Made by a program: the position numbers and the translations under genes
Assembly (NCBI GenBank): GCA_944355355.1
Contig: CALVQE010000003.1
Coordinates: forward strand, 1-61,396
Source: an uncultured Bacilli bacterium
GTDB lineage: Bacteria; Bacillota_I; Bacilli_A; RF39; UBA660
Reading direction: 5' to 3'
Length of the DNA: 61,396 nt
Notes under the pieces: model-generated
Told to the model about the DNA's origin: nothing
Database searches by the model: none
The model's input: the letters and a program-made list of their open reading frames with translations, nothing else
In this document: positions 8,440 to 16,192 of the stretch, one piece after another
How positions within the stretch are numbered: the stretch's first letter is position 1
How the letters are laid out: each line of letters opens with the position of its first letter

Positions 8440-9870
8440 ATGATAAATCAAATTCCAGTAAATCTTTTAAATTTAATTAAAAATGGAGAGTGTTCAACTG
8501 TGGAATTTAAAACAGCAAAGAGAAAATTACCTGAAAACTTATTTGAAACAGTTTGCTCAATGTTAAATCGTAATGGTGGACACATATTTTTGGGGGTACA
8601 GGATGACGGAACCGTAAGTGGGATATATAGAGATTATGTAAAAAAAATGAAAAGTGATTTTGTAAATTTGTGTAATAACAGTGAAAAAATAAGTCCAACT
8701 GTTCACCTTGAAATAAAAGAATATTTGTATGAAGAAAAGGAGCTTTTATATATTTACGTTTATGAAAGTTCAGATGTTCATAAAACTGCCAATAAAATCT
8801 TTGATAGAAATGAAGATGGAGATTTTGAAATAACTGGAAACACTTCACTAATTTCCCAATTATATATAAGAAAAAGTAGTACTTATATAGAAAACAAGAT
8901 ATATCCATTCGCAACAATTAATGATTTAAGAAAAGATTTGATTGATAAAGCTAGAAATATGGCTGCTAATAGAGTTGCTAATCATCCATGGTCAAAAATG
9001 AACGACTTGGAAATGTTAAGAAGTGCGTCTCTTTATGAAAAAAATTTTCAAACAGGTGAAGAAGGATTTAATCTAGCCTGCTTATTGTTACTTGGAAAGG
9101 ATGATGTAATAGCATCAGTTCTTTCTTATTATAAAACAGATGCTATATTAAAAGTTGATAATATTGATAGGTATGATGACAGAGATGATATTAGAACTAA
9201 TTTAATAGAAAGTTATGAACGATTAGTCAATTTTGTTAAAAAACATTTGAATGAAAAGTTTTATATTGATGGGAATCAAAGAATTAATATAAGAGATGTA
9301 ATAGCTCGTGAATTGTGTGTTAATCTTTTGATACATAGGGAATATTCTAATCCAATTCCAGCAAGATTAATAATAACAAAAGAATCAATGGTGACTGAAA
9401 ACGCAAATCGTCCTAGGAGTATTGGATACATAGATCTTAATAATTATTCTCCTTATCCTAAGAATCCTAAAATTGCTAATTTTTTTAAAGAAATAGGATT
9501 GGCTGAAGAGTTGGGTTCAGGAATAAAAACTATAACCAAATACAATAAAATCTATAGTGGAGGGATTCCTAGTTTTAAGGATGATGAAATATTCACTGTT
9601 AGAGTACCGTTAGTTGAAACAATTAAAGAAATGGATTCGGAACAAACTGAAGAAATGGATGAAATAAAAATTAAACTTCTGGAATTTATAAGAAGTAATA
9701 ATGGCGTGAGTCGACAAGACATAAATAATTACATGTATCCTTTTTTTAACACAACTGATCAAAAAGAATTAAATAATAAGACTAGATATATAATTACTTT
9801 TTTAAGGGAACGTAATTTAATTTATAATAAGGGTACAAACAATAAGCCGAGTTGGATAGCAAAAAAATAA
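8440..9870 (+). CDS. AlbA_2 (Schlafen-like) + HATPase_c_4-like + C-terminal wHTH protein (putative regulator / ATP-binding protein)
   Basis: N-terminal ECSTVEFKTAK..NRNGGHIFLGVQDDGTVSGI is the AlbA_2 signature. The 476-aa architecture is typical of the RecG-like/transcriptional-regulator annotation class. Confidence 0.7.
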   Translation: MINQIPVNLLNLIKNGECSTVEFKTAKRKLPENLFETVCSMLNRNGGHIFLGVQDDGTVSGIYRDYVKKMKSDFVNLCNNSEKISPTVHLEIKEYLYEEKELLYIYVYESSDVHKTANKIFDRNEDGDFEITGNTSLISQLYIRKSSTYIENKIYPFATINDLRKDLIDKARNMAANRVANHPWSKMNDLEMLRSASLYEKNFQTGEEGFNLACLLLLGKDDVIASVLSYYKTDAILKVDNIDRYDDRDDIRTNLIESYERLVNFVKKHLNEKFYIDGNQRINIRDVIARELCVNLLIHREYSNPIPARLIITKESMVTENANRPRSIGYIDLNNYSPYPKNPKIANFFKEIGLAEELGSGIKTITKYNKIYSGGIPSFKDDEIFTVRVPLVETIKEMDSEQTEEMDEIKIKLLEFIRSNNGVSRQDINNYMYPFFNTTDQKELNNKTRYIITFLRERNLIYNKGTNNKPSWIAKK

Positions 9871-9896
9871 AAAGTTGATATTAACTGTTATTATCT

Positions 9897-9944
9897 TGTA
9901 AACAACTGTAAACAACTGCAAACAACTGCAAACAACTGCAAACG
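9897..9944. repeat. 10-bp tandem repeat AACAACTG(T/C)A, about 4.5 units
   Basis: aacaactgta aacaactgca x3, then aacga. Begins 27 nt after the stop of the AlbA_2 gene. Confidence 0.9.
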
Positions 9945-9977
9945 ATTTTTTGTTTATGTAAATGTATATTTGGTACT

Positions 9978-10068
9978 TTAGTTGATTTATCTTTAATATC
10001 ATGTTGAAAACTTTAAGATAATGAAATAGGATGATGCAGACAGTAAAAAGATTTTTTGAACAAAATAT
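9978..10068 (+). pseudogene. Decayed duplicate of the gap 3' end
   Basis: ttagttgatttatcttt ... gataatgaaat ... atgatgcagacagtaaaaagattttttgaacaaaatat aligns with gap nt 8036-8162 (ttagttgatttatcttt ... gataatgaaat ... atgatgcggacagcaaagagattgtttgaacaaaatat), with two internal deletions. Confidence 0.85.
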
Positions 10069-10457
10069 TTCTTTTTTTGATAAAAATAGGTACTTATATT
10101 ATGGGGAATGAAAAATCAATATTAAACGTTTTTTTACAAAAACTAGTTAAAACCTTTTATTGCTTGAAAACATTTTTTTACATTAGGGTAAGAGACTCAT
10201 GGAAATGATTAGAAAAGTTGCTTTTTTCATTAAAAATAACTTTTGATAAAGAGTACTTTTTAATCATTGAAAAAAATATTGAGAATGCAAAAAAACATTG
10301 ATGTGCTTGAAACGCGTGAATCGCGATTCCAATGATTTTACAATTATGCGACTAGATACTTATTTAATAAAAGAAGAAATTAAAATATTTCATGTATTGT
10401 AAATTGCTAATTTCTTTTTTTTTGGATATAATAATTTTAGAATGTGAGAGATCAATT

Positions 10458-11672
10458 ATGAAATTATGTATACAAAATATGAATGTTCGAGATAAACGAG
10501 TTATTTTAAGGGTTGATTATAATGTCCCTTTTTCTGATGGAGTGATTTTAGATGATTCAAAGATAAGGGCTTCTATAAAGACAATTCGGTATTTACTTAA
10601 GGAAAATTGTAAGATTATTTTATTGAGTCATTTTGGGAAAATAAGAAATAATTATGATAAACAGGTTTATTCTTTGAGTATTGTTGCTGAACGTTTGAAA
10701 CAAATATTGAATCATGAAGTGTATTTTTCTAAAGTTAATTTTGGAGATGATGTTATAAAGAGAGTTCAGGTTATGCAGCCTGGTGAGATATTAATGTTAG
10801 AAAATACTCGTTTTATGGATTTGCCTAATAAGTTAGAGAGTAAGTGTGATGCTCAGTTGGCTATGTTTTGGGCTTCATTGGGGGATGTTTTTGTTAATGA
10901 TGCTTTTGCAACGATGCATAGACGGCATGCTTCGACTTATGGAATAGCTATGTATTTACCTAGTTGTATTGGCTTTTTAGTACAGGAGGAGGTTAATGCA
11001 TTAGATAAGTATATTATGCATCCTGAAATGCCTTTTACGTTAGTTATGGGTGGGGCTAAGATGGATGATAAGATTACTCTAATTGAAGCATTGTTACCTA
11101 AGTGTACGCATGTTTTGTGTGGTGGGGGGATTGCAAATACTTGTTTGAAAGCTTTAGGGTTTAAGATTGGGAATTCTATTGCTTCTGATAATCCTGTTAT
11201 TATTAAAAAAGTTCAAGAGTTGCTTTTAAAGAATAAAGAAAAGTTTTTAGTTCCTTTGGACGCGATTGTCGGAAGTACTTATGATAAGGATTATGTTCAA
11301 TATCGGCGAATTGATAAGATTGATGATAATGAGATAATTTGTGATATTGGGGTAAAAACATTGGAAAGGTATTCTCAGGTTATTCGGGATAGTAAGACTA
11401 TTTTTTTGAATGGGACTGTAGGATTGTATGAGGATATGCGTTTTGCTAATGGGACAAAAGAGATTTTAAAAGCTTTGGCTAATTCATCTGCAACGGTTGT
11501 TGTTGGCGGTGGAGATGCTTCTTCTAGTGTTCATCGTTTAGGTTATGGTGATATGGTTACGTATATTTCTAGTGGTGGTGGTGCGACGTTAGAGTATTTG
11601 GCTAAGGGTACTCTTGTTTGTTTAGATATTATTCAGGAAGAGGGTAGTAGTATTGAAATTCTTGATATGTAA
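10458..11672 (+). CDS. pgk: Phosphoglycerate kinase
   Basis: KRVILRVDYNVP, LLSHFGK and GGGDASS motifs. Start moved to ATG 10458, because the 22-aa N-terminal extension in the track is not PGK-like. Confidence 0.9.
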   Translation: MKLCIQNMNVRDKRVILRVDYNVPFSDGVILDDSKIRASIKTIRYLLKENCKIILLSHFGKIRNNYDKQVYSLSIVAERLKQILNHEVYFSKVNFGDDVIKRVQVMQPGEILMLENTRFMDLPNKLESKCDAQLAMFWASLGDVFVNDAFATMHRRHASTYGIAMYLPSCIGFLVQEEVNALDKYIMHPEMPFTLVMGGAKMDDKITLIEALLPKCTHVLCGGGIANTCLKALGFKIGNSIASDNPVIIKKVQELLLKNKEKFLVPLDAIVGSTYDKDYVQYRRIDKIDDNEIICDIGVKTLERYSQVIRDSKTIFLNGTVGLYEDMRFANGTKEILKALANSSATVVVGGGDASSSVHRLGYGDMVTYISSGGGATLEYLAKGTLVCLDIIQEEGSSIEILDM

Positions 11673-12369
11673 TTTAAAAATGAATCATTCTTTAAAAGAA
11701 ATGCTTTCTTATAAAAAAAATTTGGAAAATGAAAATATTCCGTTTTCCTTTTTTCTATGTCCAGCTACTTGTTATTTACCTGTGATGTATTCAAAAAGGT
11801 ATTCTTTGTGTGCTCAGAATGTATCTTTGCCCGAAGTTTCTAAAAATACTGGTAGTGTCTCTGCTTCAGCTTTAGCTAGTTTAGGGGTTAAAGCGTCTTT
11901 AGTTGGTCATTATGAGTTACAGGAGTCTTTAGAGGTTAAACGTGAAAAGATGATGGAGGTTTTAGAGCAACGCATGAAAGCTTTTGTATTGCTTACGAAT
12001 TCTTTAGATGAGTTTTATTATCAGTATACTAGTGATGTGTTGTTTAATCAAATTCAAGGTATTTTAAAGGATATTAATCCAAGATATTATGAACAAATTC
12101 ATTTTATTTATGAGCCCGGTTGGTTAATTGGTGGCGAGAAGACTCTTTCTGTTGGTGAGGTTACCCAGATTTTTAAGGAATTAAGGGATAAATTACAAGA
12201 AAGTTATCATTTTTCTTTTCCGTTACTTTATGGTGGTGGACTTATGAAGGAAAGTATTTTGGCTTTTTTAGAACAGGAAGGTATTGATGGTGTTCTTGTT
12301 GGCAAGTATGCTAATGATGTTCAAAATGTTTTAGAACTTTTGGAAAAATGTCGAGAATTTTACAGTTAA
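11653..12369 (+). CDS. tpiA: Triose-phosphate isomerase (divergent)
   Basis: Catalytic positions are retained in CNLKMN (Asn/Lys), GHYE (His) and YEPGWLIGG (Glu). TTG start is needed to include the N-terminal motif. Overlaps pgk by 20 nt. Confidence 0.8.
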   Translation: MKFLICNLKMNHSLKEMLSYKKNLENENIPFSFFLCPATCYLPVMYSKRYSLCAQNVSLPEVSKNTGSVSASALASLGVKASLVGHYELQESLEVKREKMMEVLEQRMKAFVLLTNSLDEFYYQYTSDVLFNQIQGILKDINPRYYEQIHFIYEPGWLIGGEKTLSVGEVTQIFKELRDKLQESYHFSFPLLYGGGLMKESILAFLEQEGIDGVLVGKYANDVQNVLELLEKCREFYS

Positions 12370-12400
12370 AAATGTCTAAAATTTAAACATTTTTTTCTTT

Positions 12401-12407
12401 TTCGACA
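12401..12407 (-). promoter_or_regulatory. Consensus Spo0A box (TGTCGAA on the minus strand) upstream of spo0A
   Basis: TTCGACA at 12401-12407. Near-matches are TTCGACG at 12454-12460 and TGTCGAG at 12349-12355. Confidence 0.45.
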
Positions 12408-12522
12408 AAATTGGACATTTGTAGACACAACTAGACAATATCTTTTCTTTTCATTCGACGAATTATTTGATACGATTAATGTGCGTGGTGTTGTAGGGGT
12501 ACAAAACGAAGGAGAAAAGAAA

Positions 12523-13299
12523 ATGAAAAAAATTAACGCATTAGTAGTAGATGACAGTAAGGAATTTACGAACGGTGTAGAGGAGTACTTTCGTAACAAC
12601 ATTCAAATTCATGTTGCCAAGGTTATTTCTGATGGCAATGAGGTTATTCGGTATTTACAAAATTATGGGCAGCAGATTGATATTGTAATTATGGATCTTA
12701 TACTTCCTGGTAAAGATGGGATTTCTTTGTTAGAGGAGATGCGGTCTTTAGGTTTAAAGAAACATGTTTTGGTTTTATCTAGTTATGGTAAGGATTATAC
12801 AATTCGAATGGCTAATCAGTTTGATGTAGATTATTTTATGCTAAAGCCTTGTGATTTAAAAGCAGTTGAAGCTCGGGTGCTCGATATTGTAATTGAGGCA
12901 AAAAATGATTTGTGTGCCGACAAGGAAGTTAATTTAGATATTCAATTAAAAGTTTCAGAGTTGCTTCATGAACTTGGTGTTCCATCCCAAATTAAGGGTT
13001 ATCAATATTTAAGAGAAGGTATTTTGATGCTTTATCAATCTACTGGGTTAATTGGTGGTATTACTAAGGAGGTTTATCCTGAGATTGCTCTTCGGTACAA
13101 TACAACGCCTTCAAGAGTAGAAAGAGCTATTCGACATGCGATAGAGATTAGTTGGAATCGTGCAGATTATGATTTAATGAATAAAATTTTTGGACATAGT
13201 ATTGATTATGATCGCGCTAAACCAACGAATTCAGAATTTATGGTTACTCTTTCAGATAATTTAAGATTAACTTATAATACTCAGAAAAATTATGTATAA
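12523..13299 (+). CDS. spo0A: Sporulation master response regulator Spo0A
   Basis: REC domain (ALVVDDS.., IMDLILPGKDG) plus the Spo0A_C signature (IKGYQYLREGI.., TPSRVERAIRHAIE). ATG 12523 is preceded by gaaggagaa. Confidence 0.95.
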   Translation: MKKINALVVDDSKEFTNGVEEYFRNNIQIHVAKVISDGNEVIRYLQNYGQQIDIVIMDLILPGKDGISLLEEMRSLGLKKHVLVLSSYGKDYTIRMANQFDVDYFMLKPCDLKAVEARVLDIVIEAKNDLCADKEVNLDIQLKVSELLHELGVPSQIKGYQYLREGILMLYQSTGLIGGITKEVYPEIALRYNTTPSRVERAIRHAIEISWNRADYDLMNKIFGHSIDYDRAKPTNSEFMVTLSDNLRLTYNTQKNYV

Positions 13300-13303
13300 A
13301 AGT

Positions 13304-13331
13304 CAACATATGGTATGTATGTTGTTTTTTT
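13304..13331 (+). terminator. spo0A intrinsic terminator
   Basis: Stem CAACATA/TATGTTG followed by T7. Confidence 0.7.
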
Positions 13332-13344
13332 ATAATTTGCTAGG

Positions 13345-13945
13345 CACTGGGGGAGTATATCCATTGGCTTTAGCCACATAAATCCTTTAGGACTACTTGC
13401 CAAAAAAAGAGAAAAGTAATAGAATAGCAAATCAAAAGGTGTGATTCACATGCAAAAAGGAGCCCACACGCAGTATGATTTGCAAGTACATGTGGTATGG
13501 CTAACGAAATATTGCAAAAGAATACTAGTTGGAAAAGTAGCCCAGAGATTAAAGATATTGCTAATGCAAGGATGCAGTGCAAAAAATATAACAATCATAA
13601 AAGGAAATATTCAATCTAATCATGTACATCTATTGTTAGCCATACCGGCAACATTATCTATGGCACAAGTTATGCAATATTTGAAAGGAAGAAGCTCTAA
13701 AAAGTTACAAGAGGAATTTCCACATCTAAGAAGAGAATATTGGGGACAACATATGTGGGCGACTGGATATTTTTGCAGGAGTGTAGGAACTGTAACACAA
13801 GATATTATCAAGGAATATATAGCAAATCAGAAAGAAATTAGTGATGATATTTTTGTGAAGCACGGTATGCTTTAGCATAGTATGACTTTCAGTGCAGGGT
13901 GGTTGATAAAGTGAAAAGGAGTACCGCGAGGTACTCCAAAGGAAG
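13345..13945 (+). mobile_element. IS200-type element (tnpA only); boundaries approximate
   Basis: Y1 transposase gene plus a perfect 8-bp hairpin GGAGTACC-gcga-GGTACTCC at 13920-13939, downstream of tnpA. No tnpB is present. Confidence 0.6.
13450..13875 (+). CDS. tnpA: IS200/IS605-family Y1 (HUH) transposase TnpA
   Basis: YDLQVHVVWLTKY, HUH motif NHVHLLL, C-terminal GYFCRSVG..IKEYI. Confidence 0.9.
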   Translation: MQKGAHTQYDLQVHVVWLTKYCKRILVGKVAQRLKILLMQGCSAKNITIIKGNIQSNHVHLLLAIPATLSMAQVMQYLKGRSSKKLQEEFPHLRREYWGQHMWATGYFCRSVGTVTQDIIKEYIANQKEISDDIFVKHGML

Positions 13946-14023
13946 AATAGAAGATTTATTTTCTATGAGTTCCTTTTTGTTCTGATAGTATATTTTATTT
14001 CTAAAAAAAAGAATAGCAAATTG

Positions 14024-16030
14024 CTATTCTTGAGTTTCATTACCTTCTTCTGAAGTATCATCTGTTGGTGGGGTTGTTGGATCAGTTGGTGTGGTCGGTT
14101 CATCTGTGCTTTGATCTTCATTGTTGTCATCTCCAGTGTCTGGATCTGTAGGTGTACCAGGTATTTGTGGTTCGTCTGGATTATTTCCTGGTTCTTCTGG
14201 AGAAGTATTATTATCATTATTGTCGTATTCATTATTGTTATTGTCATCTTCGTTGTTTTCTTCGTTGTTGTTTTGGTCTTCATTATTATCTTCATTTGGA
14301 TCTTGTTCTATTGGATCAGTTGGTTCGTCTGTATTCTCATCATCATTGTTATCATTGCTGTTATTTCCATAAATACTTTGATCTGGAACTTGTCCTCCTG
14401 AATATATTCCTTTACCAATGATATCACTCGTTTGTTCATAGTCTTCTGAATAATCATAGCTGAAGGTTTTTACTGTACTAATATCTTTTAGTCCTAAATT
14501 TTCTTCCATGGTTTCGACTACTTTGTCTAGGCTTCCTTGATAGTAACCTACGCAGCTTAAACCATATTGATTATCAAAGGTAAAGTAAGTTAATTGTAGT
14601 TTTTGAATAGAAATAAATTCTTCACCATTTAGTGCTCTTGAAAGCATTCCTTTTATAGATTGATAGAAAGATAGAATTTGCGATGTTTTCATGTTGGTTG
14701 CTATATTATTACTGATTGTATCTAGTAAGTTTTCAAAATCACTGAAACTTGATGTTTGAACTAATTTTTTAGCAATGGCTTCGATAACTTGTTGTTGATG
14801 ACGATTTCTGGCAATGTCTCCTTCTAAGAAGCCATATCGGTTACGAGCATATGCTAGGGCTTGTTCGCCATTTAAGTGTTGGAATCCTGTATTCATACAA
14901 ACTAAGTTAGTAGTATCACGAAGTGAGTTACTTTCACAAAGTCTTCCTTCGCCATATTGAGATACATAGTAATCATAGTCTGGTTGTTCAACATCAACGT
15001 CGATGCCACCTAAGGCATTGACTAGGTCAATTACACCTTGGAAGTTTACTTTGACAAAATAATCAATTTCAATACCGGTTAGATTTTCAATAGTATTTAC
15101 TGTACTGGCTGTTCCATAAGCTGCGGATGAATTAATTTTGTTGTAACCAATGTTGCGATTACTACTGTTGTAGATTGGGACGTAGGTATCTCTTGGAAGA
15201 GATAACATTGTAGCATTTAGTGTTTTAGGATTAAATGTGATTAACATTAAAGTATCGCCATTGAAAGCTGCGTTTGCGTCTAATCCATTCGTTGATTCTG
15301 AATCAACACCAAGTACTAGAACAGTAAATGGTTCGGTTAGGCTTTTGGTTGACACTAGTAGTTCACTTTCTTCTGTTTTCATTTCTTTGGAATATTCTTT
15401 TATGACGGTTGTTTCATTGGCTATGTTACTGAATTTTTGTTCGCCACCATATAAAATGGCATAGTCTTTATTAACAAAAATGGCATCTACTTCTTTATTA
15501 TATAAAGCATTTAGTAGTTCTGTATAGTTGTCATAATAGGTGATTTCATTTTGAATGTTTTCTTTTTGGATTAGTTCTAGTGGTAAAAGATAGCCAGTTC
15601 GATCTGTGTCATCACTAATCATACCGATGATACTATCATTTGTGAATTCTGTTTCTTTTAGGGATAGTAAAACTGTTGTGTATGTACTTGTTTCACTTGT
15701 AACAAAGTTTTCAATTTTGCTATAGATGAAATCAATATAATATGAGGCAACACTGAAGACGATGCCAAAAAGAATTGTCAAAATTGTTAGAATGGTAAAA
15801 ATTATTTTTTTATTTTTAAATAATGTTACTAAACCAAAGATTGTATAAATTAAGCCGTATAAGGCAAATAAGCTAATTACAATAATGCGGATGACGGTTT
15901 CGATTCCGGTTAGACTAAGTAGATTAGCTACTAGGAGTCCGTAAGTGACCCAGTAGCCAATTAAGGTGATAAAGTAGAATACTTCCATGATTTTGTTTGC
16001 TTTTTTCAATTTTTTAAAGAATACTTTCAT
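14024..16030 (-). CDS. LytR-CpsA-Psr (LCP) family cell-wall polymer ligase with an acidic low-complexity C-terminal tail
   Basis: N-terminal TM segments, FTVLVLGVDS, DTLMLITFNP and SLPRDTYV motifs. The last 125 aa or so are N/D/E/P/T-rich. Confidence 0.85.
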   Translation of the reverse strand: MKVFFKKLKKANKIMEVFYFITLIGYWVTYGLLVANLLSLTGIETVIRIIVISLFALYGLIYTIFGLVTLFKNKKIIFTILTILTILFGIVFSVASYYIDFIYSKIENFVTSETSTYTTVLLSLKETEFTNDSIIGMISDDTDRTGYLLPLELIQKENIQNEITYYDNYTELLNALYNKEVDAIFVNKDYAILYGGEQKFSNIANETTVIKEYSKEMKTEESELLVSTKSLTEPFTVLVLGVDSESTNGLDANAAFNGDTLMLITFNPKTLNATMLSLPRDTYVPIYNSSNRNIGYNKINSSAAYGTASTVNTIENLTGIEIDYFVKVNFQGVIDLVNALGGIDVDVEQPDYDYYVSQYGEGRLCESNSLRDTTNLVCMNTGFQHLNGEQALAYARNRYGFLEGDIARNRHQQQVIEAIAKKLVQTSSFSDFENLLDTISNNIATNMKTSQILSFYQSIKGMLSRALNGEEFISIQKLQLTYFTFDNQYGLSCVGYYQGSLDKVVETMEENLGLKDISTVKTFSYDYSEDYEQTSDIIGKGIYSGGQVPDQSIYGNNSNDNNDDENTDEPTDPIEQDPNEDNNEDQNNNEENNEDDNNNNEYDNNDNNTSPEEPGNNPDEPQIPGTPTDPDTGDDNNEDQSTDEPTTPTDPTTPPTDDTSEEGNETQE

Positions 16031-16192
16031 TATTATATGTCCCTTTCTTCTTTTTCTTTATTCTACATTCCATTATATAATAAATCTTTTTGATTCTCAA
16101 TAATTGATAGTTTATTTACATAAAAAAGTTTATATGTCTTTTAAAATATTGGGATATTTGGTATAATGAAGTCGAATAAAAGGAGGCTGGGA

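Noticed and set aside
10186-10200. Short match taagagact downstream of both the gap stop (8200) and the gap remnant
   Set aside because: It is only 9 nt in AT-rich DNA and sits at different offsets from the respective stops, so it is not distinguishable from chance.
10392-10457. N-terminal extensions proposed by the ORF track (pgk 10392, spo0A 12481, ATPase 1265, hydrolase 16166, DUF4143 53178, GT2 43984 and others)
   Set aside because: The extensions encode non-homologous, often hydrophobic junk. Internal ATGs preceded by GGAGG-like sites coincide with the conserved family N-termini.
13963-14421. Cluster of overlapping ORFs (13963-14295 minus; 14111-14401, 14121-14372 and 14152-14421 plus)
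   Set aside because: All lie within the quasi-repetitive DNA encoding the N/D/E-rich tail of the LCP protein. Open frames there are a by-product of the biased composition.
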